A stretch of DNA of 64,000 nt, taken from positions 21,142,001 through 21,206,000 of the forward strand of contig JBHGNT010000012.1 of the NCBI GenBank assembly GCA_043228905.1. Reading direction: 5' to 3'. This DNA is from Azolla caroliniana (taxonomy: Eukaryota > Plantae > Polypodiophyta). A program made the translations under genes and the position numbers. The notes under the pieces are model-generated. The model was not told the DNA's origin. It made no database searches and was given only the letters and a program-made list of their open reading frames with translations. Shown piece after piece: positions 26,806 through 40,190 of the stretch (its first letter is position 1; every line of letters begins with the position of its first letter).

Positions 26806-29800
26806 TGTATAGACCTGAAATGTGCTTGAATACTATAATAACTTACCAACATGTTAGAATATCATAGAGATTTAGGGCTTGATGTTTATATATTTGGAGG
26901 ATAGAATGTTTGGAGTAGTATGTGTTTAAAATATGGAATATATTTATGATATCAAGATTTGCAATTCTATCTACAACATGTGAACTATGGATAGATATCC
27001 ATGTGTACCTTGGGACAAGTTGGAGTGGCTAAAGTTCAAATGTATTTTATATGGGAGCAAGCTAAGTTGACCTATGAAAAGACATTCTTAAAAGCAAATA
27101 TATTGTATGGAAACACGGAAAAGCAATGGTGAATTTCCCATATGCTCTAATAATTTATGCTGAGACATTTGATGTATGAAAACATGGGTATATAGGAGTT
27201 ATGGGTTGGGCCTTGTAAAGACCATGTAAACATGTGGCACTCTAAAACATTCATGGCATATTTCCATTTGCTCTAATCTTAGACATTGAAATTTGAAGGA
27301 TGGTCACCTAGATTTGATGCACTGATGTTCTCAGTAACAAATTTCCCACATCCCCTCGATTATGGGAGATTTGGATGTTCATCACAGGCTTCACCTTGTG
27401 GTATGTATGAAAAGCAATTTGCCTAAAGGTCTTCCAAGATCTAGTACGCCCCCCCAGAGGATTTGATCATGGATATATGGTTTGTGATGATCAACTACCT
27501 ACAAGGTACAAAGTTTGCAGCCACTCCAACGATGTGGTCACTACCTGTTTGTGCTTTTGGCAGAAATGGTAGAACACACCGATGGTGACACAAGGAGGAA
27601 ACGGCCCGAGGTGGAAGTACCAACCCCCACGTTGGTTGTTTCCTACTCACTTCCCACCCTCCCTTCGTTGTAGGCCATAAGATTCAGCTTGTACTAGTCG
27701 GTGATGAAGGGCGCTAGTTTATAGCTATAGGACCTACTTATATTAAGTAGCCAATTTGAAAGGATATGTACGTAGTCTCATATTCTTGAACTCAACTTGG
27801 CCGGAGGATAATTCCCCGATTTATTTATAAGCCACCTTGTATAGTCTTTATGTAATAATCTCTCATAACTAATGGCAAAGTAGCTTCTTTTTGGAAAAAA
27901 AAAAAACAAATGGCATGCACTCACAAAGATAACCTAATATGTATATGACTTCTTTCAAGGGTTTACATTATGTGAACCATGACCTAAGATAAGATAGAAA
28001 CAAGATAGGGAAGTTGATAATGAAATGGCAACTAAGTGCGCATAATTTAAAGGTGTATTCTTGTGTCCTTATGCAATGTCTCTTTCATGTAACTAGACAC
28101 ATGAAGCTCAATTCACGAATCACAACTCAACTACAATTAGCCAATATCAATTACACAAGGTATGAAAATAATAAATGAACTCCATTGTAGTTTTGCTTGT
28201 ATCTTGTCCTTATAGTTTTAGCTAGCTATGTTTTAAGTTATGTTTGTTTGTGCACACACATGTAATAGAAGAGGTTTGTATACGGAATTATTATATATTC
28301 TAACAATATGGAAAATGTCACATGACTCTTAAATACATATACCATGGATATAAGAATCATCCGCCTAAAGATGGGAGTTACAAATGACAAGCATGTTCAA
28401 TGTCCTCTTGATTATGATTTTCATAATAGTCTAATGTTAAAATGAACTTTCATTGAAGGTTAGAGCATTATAAAAAGTGGAATGCCAACTATCTAGATGG
28501 GCTTTCCTTCCCTACAAAACATGCCCCACACATAAATTATAAAAAGAAAGTAAGTTTGTTGCTTAAAGCTGTTGCAAAGGATATTAATTATATGGGAGAA
28601 GTCTTAATGCCTAATACATTAGCCATTTTAATGAAAAAAAAATCACTTCCTTGATTTACAATTAACAAGTAATGATTACTCATAATCATAAGTATATTTC
28701 ATGGTTTTAAAAACTTAAGTCCATTGCGGTTTCATCTTGTCAATAAAACTTTACCTTCTCAACACGATAACAATGTTGTTCATAGGACGAGTCACAACTA
28801 TTATTGGAGAATATAATAGACGAGATACGCGGTCATTGTATGATAGGTCAGAGACAAAATACATTTAGTTTCACAATATGATAATTTTATGTTAAGCTGA
28901 AAATCCTTTTGCTTGCACGAATGGGTTTAGGTGTTTGTTGAATGATTATTTTTACCGTATGTTGTTTGAAGTTACAGATGTCCATGATAAAAGCCAAAAA
29001 GCATCACAGTTCCCAATCATGACTTACGTATGTTAGCAACAACAATAAGGTTTATGCATGCCAATGCCCAATGTTATAAATTTCTACCTTGTTTTAAAAA
29101 GGAATCTATAAAGTAGACTATGATGTGTATGTGTGCATACATATCAAATGTGGGTGTGTGTCAATGGGTATCAAAGTCATTAACTAAAAGTTAGGCTAAA
29201 ATTATTATTTGACATTTTATGCCTCACAGAGTGCTTACACACATGCACATACACATGGTCTTGATCAAATTTCAACCATGGATTCTACACAAGGAATTTA
29301 GACAATGACACCAATGTCAGTGTGTAGTTGCTAATATTGCATGGGCATCTAACCAAACACCTCATGTAGCGTTGTCATCTCTCCCATGCTATACCTGCCT
29401 TACTTTAATACCTATTTATGGTTATGCTATAATGGTATCATAGTGCCCTTACCTTTGTAGTATTGACCAAAATGTCAATAAATGCACTAAAAAATTTCTA
29501 GTGATATTTACTTCATTTATGAATCGGTACTACATTCCACCAATTGCTCGATATTATTTCAATTGCTAATTAGTTTCTAGTTTCCATCACCAATGAGCAT
29601 AAATATTGGTTAATGTACGATCTAATCATATTTTCTATAAATGATCCTCCCTTAAGCCACTATTTAATAAAATTATTTGATGTCTAGCTATTTAAAACTT
29701 TGTAACCATGTGAATTTATTAAATAATTTCACTGTAATCATCACATCCTAATGTCTTGGCTTCATGTAACTTATGAAAGTGAGCGCAATCATGTTTTCTT

Positions 29801-30408
29801 AAGAAAGTGAAATTTGTATATTTTTCTTATACTCTATGATTTGAAATGTTTGTGCCAATGGAATTCTTTAGTGGTTTGTGAGCCACTTCACAAGCTCATA
29901 ATTTTGTATGTTGCAATATGTTGAGAATCAATTGTCACATCCATTGTTGTGTGACAATTAGTTGTTCGATACAAATTAGAAATCTAACCATTTGTTGATG
30001 ACTAGTTTCATGTAGTTATGGATTTAAGATGTGTATACTAATTTGCACCATTGGTCACTATCCCATTCTATGTGACCTACGCAAACAACTTAACCACTTA
30101 ACCACACAAGCACATTATACTACATGAGGGTTAGATCTATTCAAGGCACTTTGAGTGATTTTTCTACTCTCAATATCCTCCCATGAGGATGACAAGGTAA
30201 ATCATATCAATGCTCTACATTGGACATGCCCGCTTTGAGTTCATGACCTCCTTTGCATACTTTGCATTATTACTTGGAGTAAAAGACAAGACTAGGAGAA
30301 GGGAATAATAAAAGCACAAGATGATACAAGAACTTAACAAAGAAACGTTAAATAGAAATGACATGCGAAGATTCAATAGAAAACAATAGTGGTTTCTGTT
30401 TATATTAA

Positions 30409-30591
30409 ATATTTCCCTTTACAAAGGTGTCACAAGGTGATTTATATTGGTATTTATGGTGGTCCACTATTGCTATTTAACATTGATTATCTACTTGTTA
30501 GGCCACTTGAATAGGAACCTATTTCCTTCTTAAAATGACACAATATTTCCCTTTACAAATGTGTCACAAGGTGATTTATATTGGTATTTAT
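30409..30591. repeat. ~133-bp tandem duplication whose second copy is split by the L1
   Basis: atatttccctttacaaa.gtgtcacaaggtgatttatattggtatttat occurs twice; the rest of the second unit resumes at 38951-39058. Confidence 0.8.
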
Positions 30592-31454
30592 TTTTAATTT
30601 TGTTCCAAAGAAAACTCCTTCCATTAGCTATAAAGATTTTATAGATGAGATTATTATATACAAATCCCTATAGGGACACGATAGGTCCATCTTATGTGGA
30701 TGCCCACTGCCTCAAGAAAAAGAGAGGAAGACCATTGCTGGATAAAGACTAGTCCTTGTCTTTCAACTCTATCGGAGTCGCCCTTGAGGCCATCATATTA
30801 GCTCTTTAGAGTGGCTACAATTTCACTCCATATCTCTTGCATTACCATTATTGGTTGCGCGCTCTGGTTGGAAAAGACCCGTCTACATCGTTGTTTCCAT
30901 AGAATCCAAAGAGTTATTGGGCTGACCAAGTCCAACACAACTTGAGATTTGACACTAATAGGAGTTGAGTGGACATTGCCGATGGTGGAGAAAAAAATCT
31001 CTTGTGCTTTTATAACCAAATCCATCCCCTCTTCTTGATGCTCATAGTTTTCAATTGGGGCCTGCCATGATAGCCAACATACATTCCCCCACTTGATTGA
31101 GCCTTGCACCTGACATAATTGCAATAAGCGGCCAACCCCCCGCCATATTCGATGGGACTCTGGGCAGTCCCATAGAGCATGTAGTGTGGATTCTAATACA
31201 ATTGGACACGTTACACAATTAGGAGAGCTGAGGTTCCCACGTTGCCATGCACCAACCGGTAGTGACTTATGTATTAATAGCCATTGGAAAGTGGTGATTC
31301 GCCTCACGTGTTGTTGGTTCCAGAGTTTCTGCCAAAACTTGGTGATAATTGTGTAAGGAACATTATATGTGGGCCAAACCTTTGTAGCAGCTGGCTCTCG
31401 GGCGGATTGAGTGGCTATAATATGGCGACCCGCGTTGTCGTAGTGTAATTCGTA

Positions 31455-32328
31455 CACTACGTAAAAAAATACATTTTTGGTCTCTCTGGATAGGACATGG
31501 AGTACCCGATGAGAACCGGAAGAAGGAACCGGTAAGGACCGAAACCGGCAAGGAGACCCGGCAAGAGTCGGATGAAGAAGGCCGGTGAGAGTCGGTGAGA
31601 AACGGACGAAGAGATCGGTAAGGAGGTCCCGGTAAGAACCGGACAAAGAAAACTATCAAGCACCGGATGAAGCAGAACCGGAAAGAGCCGGATGAAGAAG
31701 GCCGGTGAGAATCTCTCACCGGATGAAGAGACGTATTTGTAAATAGAAGAAAGTATAAAAATATATATATTACATGCATAGGGCAAGATTCGAACCTTGC
31801 ACCTCCATGTTAATAATGTTAAGCCTTATCATTGTAGTAGGGTATTATGAATTTTAAAGTTATACTAAACTTTATTCCATGTAAAATTTTTATACATGCA
31901 TGGTACAACAGTTATTCATGCATAGACACTCGAGTTAGAAAGAAAAGATGAGATAGAAAGCTAATCATGCACATGCAGTGTGCATGAAAACTAAAAATAG
32001 GAAAAGCATGATGCTTGCATGTGATAAACTTAGACTCTTCCAAACACTATATAAGGAAGAGAGAAAGATGTATAGAGTTGTTGATTATTTTACAAGGGTT
32101 GATTAATATAAGATAATCGTGGGATTCACGAATTTGCTAACTATTCTCTCTTAATTTGATTACTCACTAATACACTATACTCGTGGGATTCACGAGGTTT
32201 TCATATCTTTCTTTCTTACAATATATTCCATATTCTTAATTGCCTTAGAATTTTCTTTCCTCCTAGTCCAAAAACTGAGCGGTTCTCACCCGACTCACGC
32301 AACGATCCGGAGCTGAAAGGCACGACAG
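31455..32328 (+). mobile_element. Unclassified non-coding insertion (CACTAC left end, LTR-like interior)
   Basis: Interrupts L1 ORF2; flanked by cgta at 31451-31454 and 32329-32332. Contains ccggatgaag repeats, a tRNA-like antisense segment and a TATA box (ctatataagg, about 32047). Confidence 0.75.
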
Positions 32329-33915
32329 CGTAAGGAACACACCATGTCCATTGCAAAGGGTCCCAACTGACCTTATGTAGCCATGCGTTTTCATGAGTAC
32401 GTATGTGCCAATTTGGTAGTACTTTGATCGGATCAGGAGCTACAATCCATTTTTGCCCAGTATATGCTAGTACTCGAATTGCCTTATGTTGTGTTGATGT
32501 CTCCTTGTCTTGCAATTCAGAGCCTTCAATTCTGTCTGGTGTGTCCCTAACTCTTAGGATCAAAGAGCCCTCCTCATTGTAGCCTATCCATTTCTCCGTT
32601 GTTGTCCTTTGATGAGAAGCTTCCCTAATCAATAGAGCGTTAATGATTCCAGATCTCATAGCCCATCCGCCTCTGATTCCATGGAGGATGTTGGCTTGGT
32701 CTTGTATTCACAATGACATAAACTATCTCCAACATTCTATACTTTTTCCTGGACCTTCGAACATGTATCCCCATGACAGCCCCTTACTTGATCCAATTAG
32801 TTGATTAGATTCATCCCTAATACATGGGTTCCATAGGATACGTTGACTGAGCCAGGCAGGTTCGGAATTGGGTTGATCGCACTTGAGTCCTCGTCTAATG
32901 TCACACCACGCCTTCCACATGGATGCACTAAATCTATCCTCTAGTTGGCGGGAGAAACTAGGTTTGAGATCCATGTTTAGAATCCATCCAGTTTGGGGGG
33001 CCCAATTGGTCCCTTTTCGTGGCCTAAAGTAAGCAAAGTATAACATTTTCTAGCAGTCATTCCCTAGTTGGAGTCCTCGCACCACAAATTTGGCGAGTAA
33101 GGCTTTTGATTGTGAGAGGGGATCAATAAGACCCAATCCTCCTCTCGACTTAGGTGACGTGAGTATAGGCCATGCCACCTTGGCCCGAGTTGTATGATCT
33201 TCCTTACCAGACCAAATGTAGTTGCATATTAGTCGCTGAATCTAGTGTATACTTTCCTTGGAGATTGTCCAATATGATAGGCTGTATCATGCTATTGCGA
33301 GTAATACCTGGTTTGCCACTATGATGTGTCTCGCTAGCAAGAGTTTTTTCAAACTCCAATGTATTAACTTTTGTCGAATGGAGTGAATAACTGGTGTAAT
33401 CATAGTCTCTTGAGGTATTTTGAACCCAATTTGGAAATCCAAATATTTGGTGCTCGCTCCTTGATTGATCCACTTGAAAGCGGGATCTGGGTGCCACGTA
33501 GGATGTGCTTCATGAGAGAGCCATATTGCACAGGATTTGTGCCAATTGATCATGGCATTGGATCTCTTGCAAAATACGGCTAAACCACTTTCTAGCTTTT
33601 GTAAATTTTCCAAGTCGCCTTGCAAGTAGACCGCAGTGTCATCTGCAAATTCTATATCTAGGAGGCTTTGATGAGAATGCGGCACACAAAGACCACGTAG
33701 GTTTAGATGCCACAAGTTGAGAAAGCTAGAGAGTGCTTCATCGTATAATAGAAATAAGGATGGAGCTAGTGGGCAGCCTTGTCGGACGGACTGCGATATT
33801 CGGAAGAAAGGGCCCCTTTCACTTGCTAGTAAACGCAGTTGGTGGTGTTCCTATAAAGTCTTGCAATGCCTTTGATCCATGACTCGTGAAAGCTGAGTTT
33901 CCCCATCACACTTTC

Positions 33916-34510
33916 TGTTGGGAGACAGGTCCCTTCGGATGGGAAGGGAGAAGAACAGTGCTGATGAACAAACTCGGCCGAGTCCGAAACCGTATGACGA
34001 GTACCCGGCTACGGAGAGCCGGATGGTGCAGACCCGGTGAGAACCGGATGAAGAGACATATTCGTAAATATGTTTCTGAGAGTCCATCATGGCTATATTT
34101 GTAAATAGCCAAAAAGTCATATTAGTATAAATATGACTTAGGGCAAACTTTTAGTCGTTGTTGGTTATTCTTGTTGGTGCAAGAAGAGAGAGAGCGTGTA
34201 ACTGTGTATAGAGAGAGAGAGAGAGAGAGAGAGAACGAGGTCGTTGCCTCTGTTGAAACCGCCGCCTGTGGCGAAGATCGTGAGCACGAGGTCGTTGCCT
34301 CCGTGAACTCACTGTTGTACATTCTAACATAGTGATAGTTTGCAACCTGTGGGCTGCCGTGGTTTTTTTCCCTAGTTTGGGGTTTTCCACGTAAACATCC
34401 TGTGTACTCTTCTCTTCTTTGTGTCATGCGTTTATTTCCCGTTTTCTGTGTATGATTCTAAGCTCGGTTGTGGCCGAGCGTTGCGTATAAGGAGCGTACA
34501 ATTCTCGTCA
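33916..34510 (+). mobile_element. Solo LTR related to the Copia at 45061
   Basis: TG...CA ends and 5-bp TSD ctttc (33911-33915, 34511-34515). Collinear with the 45061 LTR (ggtccct.cggatggga, gctatatttgtaaatagcc, tataaatatgacttagggcaaac, ggttgtggccgagc). Removing it restores L1 RT (KFLESVMGKL). Confidence 0.92.
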
Positions 34511-35914
34511 CTTTCTAGAAATTTCCAGCATACCCTGTCATATGCTTTCTCAAAATCTAGGAGCACCACAACTACCCTATTGTTGGTACGCTTGGCAAGG
34601 GCTACTGCTTCCCAAAATGAGAAGAGGTTGTCTAGGATGCTTCGATTTCTAACAAAAACTGTCTGGGACGGATGAATGAGCCGAGGGAGAAATGGTGCTA
34701 AGCGGCATGCCACGACTTTTGCGAGCAACTTATAGACATTATTGAGGAGAGTTATGGGCCGCCACTTACCAATGTCATTGGCACTCCCACCACTTTTAGG
34801 AATGAGATGTATCATCCTCTGTCCAAATTCCTCTGGCATGTTTCTAGATGTGACGATTTTGTCATATGCTTGGAGAAGGTCTTCTTTAATAGTGTCCCAA
34901 AGGCACGTGAGAAAGTGAGGGGTGAGGCCGTCGATTCTGGGGCAACTATCTGCATCCAAATCATAGAGGGCCTCCCATATCTCGATGATTGATAGGGGAC
35001 ACACGAGCCATGTATTCATTTCCGTCGTGACTTTCTCAGGTATGCTCTAGAGGATAATATCTTCTCGCATGTCTTCCCTTGTGGCCATATTATCTTCAGC
35101 AAGTAGTCGCTTAAAATAACTTGTGGCAATATTCCTCATTTCATTGCCATCCTTCGTGGTAGTTCCATCTGCTTAGTTGAGGCTGCGCATCATTGTTCTA
35201 GCATGCCTTGGTCCCTTGGATCGGAAGAAATCCTTCGTGGTTTTGTCCCCTACTCGAATCCAGTGAGCCATGCTTCCATGAAACTCCATGTCATAGATTG
35301 CCTTTTCTGCCATGATGAGTTCATGTTTGGCCATGGCAACCTGCCCTGTGATCCAACTACATGCCGTGTATCGCTGTTGGAGTCGTTGTAAGGCTATTAG
35401 TCCCCATTTTGTCCTCTGTCGCTTTTCTTGAGCATCCTTACTTCTAGTCTTGATAATCTCGTGTAGTAGAGTTGAAGCTCTTGATAATATAGCTAGAAGT
35501 TTGTCATATGCTAATGAGGCATTGATGGGTAGTGACCATTGGTTGGCGAGTTGTTCCGTCACCTCTATAATTGTGTAGATAGTGTGTGGGATTCGAGGCT
35601 GGAATGAGCCCCACTTTCAGTGCAAGTGAAAGTGACCGATTACCGTGTAATGGTCAAAGAAAGTCGTGCCTGGAGTTATTGACACCACCCTCCCTTCGCT
35701 TCTAGGGCCTCACCTACATAAAGACGGTCAATGCAAGATAGGGTGGGGTGGGTTCACTGTTTCGCCCATCTGATCGGGAGAATAAGAGAGAGTCCCTTTT
35801 TCGTTGGAAGTTGTCGGAATGCCATAAATCTCGCAAGTTAAGGTGTACACATAACTTCTCCCATTGTTTACGTTCCCTTCCTTGTAGGACTCTGGGGTTG
35901 TTGTTAAAGCTATC

Positions 35915-36767
35915 CAAGGTTGTTAGGTACGGTACAGATACCATACGTATTTAAAGTATTAATACCCGTATAATACCTCCCAATTTAAAAATACGTTAAA
36001 TACGTTTTCTTAATATGTTAAATACTTATAAAATACGTGTTTTACGTATAATACGTTAAATACTTCTAGAATTTGAAAATTATTTACCTTTCTAAAAAAT
36101 ATCTATAATATTGTAAAAAACATCTATGTTTACACAATTTTGTGATGTACAATATAGTTCTACATCCTAAAATGCATATAAGACATTTGAACATTTCACA
36201 TCCTAAAATACTTGTAGTAATATGGATGTTGACATTCCCTTATTCTATAAATCAGTGTAAGTGTGTATCACAATGTTCTACTTCAAATTGTAATTATTTA
36301 CAATTATGCCTTCATAGATTGAAGAATCGTCTACGATTATCACACTCATGATAGGTTTCTCTTTTCTTCGTTTTCTTCTTCTTCTTCTTCTTCTTCTTCT
36401 TCTATCTTCTGCGATTATCACACTCATGACAGGTTTATGTCTTCTTGTCTCTCTTCTTCTTCTTCTTCTTCTTCTTCTTCTTCATCTTCTTCATCTTCTT
36501 CATCGTCGTCTCTTCTATTCTTCTTCCTTCCTTCCTTTGGCTTCTTTTTCACTTAAATCTTTTTTCTCTTTTTCTTTTTGTTAGGGTTTTACTTACATTT
36601 TCTTTATAAATACGTATTATACCTGTTTTTTATAAATACGTTAAATACCGTAGTGGACAAATGTACATGATATTTGATTGAACAACATTGAGGTATAGTA
36701 CGTACTATACAAATGATGATGTACTATACGTATTTAAATGTTAAATACGGGTACGTAAACAACCATG
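35915..36767. mobile_element. Non-autonomous hAT-type DNA transposon
   Basis: Imperfect TIRs caaggttgtt / aacaaccatg; 8-bp TSD aagctatc / gagctatc; subterminal aaatacgt repeats; internal (CTT)n. Splits the L1 endonuclease. Confidence 0.85.
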
Positions 36768-39059
36768 GAGCTATCATGAATGGATTTGATCATATTAAAA
36801 TCCCCTCCAATGCACCACTCCTCCGCACCCGCTACTTGTTGGTGAATGCGCTCCCAGAATGTTGCCCATTCTGTGCTGCTATTTGGAGCATAAACATTCA
36901 TGAAATTCAAGCGTTGCCCTTGGATGACCAACGTGCAAAAATGTGCCCTTCCAGGTATCAGTGATTCTCGGTGTATTAAACCTTGGGCTAGATGTTCCCG
37001 AATCAAAGTGCAAATACCATCATGATTTCCATCCTCCCCTATCACTGGCTCCCAAATTGTTCGCCATGATCCCGGTAAAAGATCTTTGACTTCTTTTGAA
37101 AGTGTACTATCAAGGTGGTGTTCTTGCAACATGATGATGTCAACAACACCCCCTAATATATATTCCTCAAGATCTCTTCTCAGTTTCCATCTGTTTTGCT
37201 GGTCTAGTCGATTCTTGAGCCCTTGCACGTTCCATGTTACAATCTTCATACTCATGGAATGGGGTGAGAGATTGCCATTTGTGCCTGATGCTTTGCACAA
37301 TATGCCGTGAGTGGAGAGCACTCACCATTTAGACATCCAGTCATTTCCATTGATGGAATGATGGTTCACATCCATGAGTGGAGTTTGTGGGCTATCTTGT
37401 GAGCTTCAATTGCCCCTTCATGCTTCTCATAGAAATAAAAAAAACTTGGAGTTAGCTGGGTGTCTATGATAGTCCGCAGGTGTATGTGGCAGAGATGAGG
37501 TTCCTCTTCATCCATGGTGCACCAGAATTCAGTGTTATTCCAATGCTGCTTTAGTTTGTTCATGAGGTCTTCATCTCTTATTTTTGTTACAAAGCATGCG
37601 ACTTGGCTACATAACGTATCTTTAATCTTGGATTTCGACCAGTCTTCCTGTGATGGAAGCAAGAGTGGAAAGGAGATTGAGGTTGTCAGAACTCCGTTAT
37701 TGTGTACTGCTGATACATGTACCCTTATTTTTTCCACTGTCTTGTGCCATATACCTAGCCATTTCAAGGTGTTTTGCGGCTGTGGTTCAAGGTCTTGGCT
37801 AGAGGAAACACACTCATTTGTGTCCGGGAAGACTATGATCTGAGGCGTGACATTCAAACTTCTGCCTTGGTTAGTTGCTTCTGCATTGGTTGTTGTTCTA
37901 CTCAAGCTCCATATTAAGGTCTTAACATGACGTATCCTTCTTCGCTTCCCTGTTTTGTAAGCTTTAACGAGAACTTTCTCTTGTGTGCTTGGTGTCACCT
38001 TAGGCCATTCCTTGGGGCTTAAGAAAGAACTAGGGGAATGCTCATCCAGGGGGGGAGAGCTCTTGTAGTAGGTCAAATCGGTTGGGGCTCATAGGCCATG
38101 GAGGATTTTGTGCCTGTGGAGTTTTCCGAAGGACATGGGTTTTTCCCACACTCGCCATTCCATCACACCCTTATCGGGTCGTGGTGGGGGAGGCTTCTAA
38201 TGTCCTATGGTGTCCCGACCTTCCAGAGTCTCCTTCGTAGGATCTTTAATACGTCTTGTGGGGTAATTCTTTTTTAAATGACCAAGTTTATTACATGCAA
38301 AACATTGCCCCGGAGTTCCTCGTCCAACATCATACCAAGGGAGTTGCCAATAGTAGGAAGTAACATGTTGTATTCTAAGGATAATCTCAGAAACAACATT
38401 GTTACCTTTTTCATGGAATCATCGTGTTGCACTGCCTTCTCTGGGTTAAAACCATGTGTCCATTTACGCATGAATAACCATGTGTTTTGGACCTGACAAG
38501 GAGACATTGCTATGAGGTTCGCTACGGAATCCTTGTCCTTTAGAATGATTTGATAGAAACCTTTACCAAGCGGTTGGACTTCTCTTATTCCACCTACTTG
38601 TGAATGAAATTTGCCTGGCAACATATCTCACAATAGTCCTCTATTTGGCCGTGATCCCACCATGCGGCATATGACCGGTATGCGATCGAGTCTATCTATC
38701 TCCTGCTCAAGTAGAAACATTTCTTCGCTATTGAAACTAATCTCAACAGGACACCTGTTATCTGGATTGTTTTGATCGGGGGGGGGGGGTTTCTAGTATT
38801 TGAATTTTGAAATATGATGGGTAGGGTCCCACTCTTTGAACTGGGGGAGGGGGGACCCAGTTCGACGAGTGGGAGTCCGCTGCTCGCGCCTACGGTTGCT
38901 GACGTTTCCTGCTCCTGCTCTACTGCTCTCATGCGTGGCTCCTGCTCCTCTATATTGGTATTTATTGTGGTTCACTATTGCTATTTAACATTAATTATCT
39001 ACTATACTACTTGTTAGGCCACTAGAATAGGGACCTATTTCCTTCTTAAAATGACACAA

Positions 39060-40190
39060 AGCCAATTTAAGTATCACCTATGTTTAATTGACATGATGGG
39101 GGATTTAAAATCCTCATGAGGACATGATCAAGTTGATGGAAGGCAACATTAAGGGAGGCTTTTTTGTCGGGAAAATGATAACTTTAAGTGAGATAGGAGT
39201 TCTTCATTTTTGTTATTCTTCCATGTTTAAGGAATATGATTCATTAGCTTATTGGGCCCAAAGAAAGAAAGTGTAGTCAAACCACTTTGTTCACTTGATC
39301 CACCGATGATCTAGGAGGGCTTACCCCTTAAGCTACTCATGGTGTCTACTAGTGTCCTTGTTGTTGAGTCGACCTCGAGTGTGGCCAATTGTTGTTGCAT
39401 GTATATCGGCCTTGCTTCAAAAGGGACAACCAAAACCTAATCGTTTGTGTAAAAGTCCTCATGCAATAAGGTCATCGTGTGCAACCATCTAGATTCCTGA
39501 ACCTTGGTTGATGTGATTGTAACATTGGTAGTTATAGTCTTGTCATTGGACCGAAGGAAATTCTCCTTAGTGTTATCAAGAATGATAAGGTTGGCCTTGT
39601 TATTGTTTCAACACCTTAGAGTTGTTATGCATTCTCTTTCGAAGTTCATTAGCCATGTCCAATTCTACACAATACTTCTTACCTCAATGAGTTGTTGTGG
39701 CACATTCTTTCTTGTTGATCCATCATTGATTCTTGAGTTGATCAATTCACATCTGGGCATCAAGTAATACCGTATTGCCTTCTTGGGGTCCGTTATCCTA
39801 GTTGCGTGAAGCATTGTAATAGTTTATGACAAATTTCTCATACTGCTTGAGGGCGCTTAATCAACTTTTGTGTCAACCTTAACAAGGCATGTCACAACCT
39901 TTTTCAATTGAAATTCCTCATGTTTGCCTTTTTATCCATTGTTGCCATATGTATGGTGGGTGTAGATGAACATTGTGGTTTCTTCACTTTGTCTTGTGTA
40001 GGATCATGGACAAGTCCCTCACTAGAGGCCGTGTCCAAAGCTATTAAAGTTACCCTTCATAGCTCTATATGAGCTTTGTTGTAGCTCTTTCCCATAGTTT
40101 CTAATCCTCTATTAGCTACCCATGTTGAGGACCAAACATTGTGTGTGGAATATGTTATTTCACCCATCATAATCCTCATTAGTTGGTGGG
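39060..40190 (-). pseudogene. Degraded LTR-retrotransposon (probably Gypsy pol 3') remnant
   Basis: Only weak integrase-tail-like fragments; many stops. Confidence 0.3.

Larger units (their letters stand above)
30592..38950 (-). mobile_element. Full-length degenerate L1-clade LINE with three nested insertions
   Basis: TSD tatattggtatttat at 30577-30591 and 38951-38965. ORF1 DUF4283-like region (LGKGFYQIIL, 38274-38624); APE (TWNVQGL, MLQEHH, NVYAPN, GGDFN; 36768-37321); RT (KWRPITLLN, LLDFEKAYDRV, VRQGCPLAP, EFADD); zf-RVT CxxC...ESTLHALWDC (30798-31454). Multiple stops and frameshifts. Confidence 0.92.

Noticed and set aside
26900-30400. Possible old TE debris in the intergenic region
   Set aside because: No termini, TSD or protein motif could be established by eye.
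31455-32328. Canonical CACTA or Helitron call
   Set aside because: No right-hand TAGTG TIR and no TC...CTRR Helitron ends.
36348-36584. Poly-Leu signal-peptide-like ORF
   Set aside because: Translation of a (CTT)n tract inside the hAT element.
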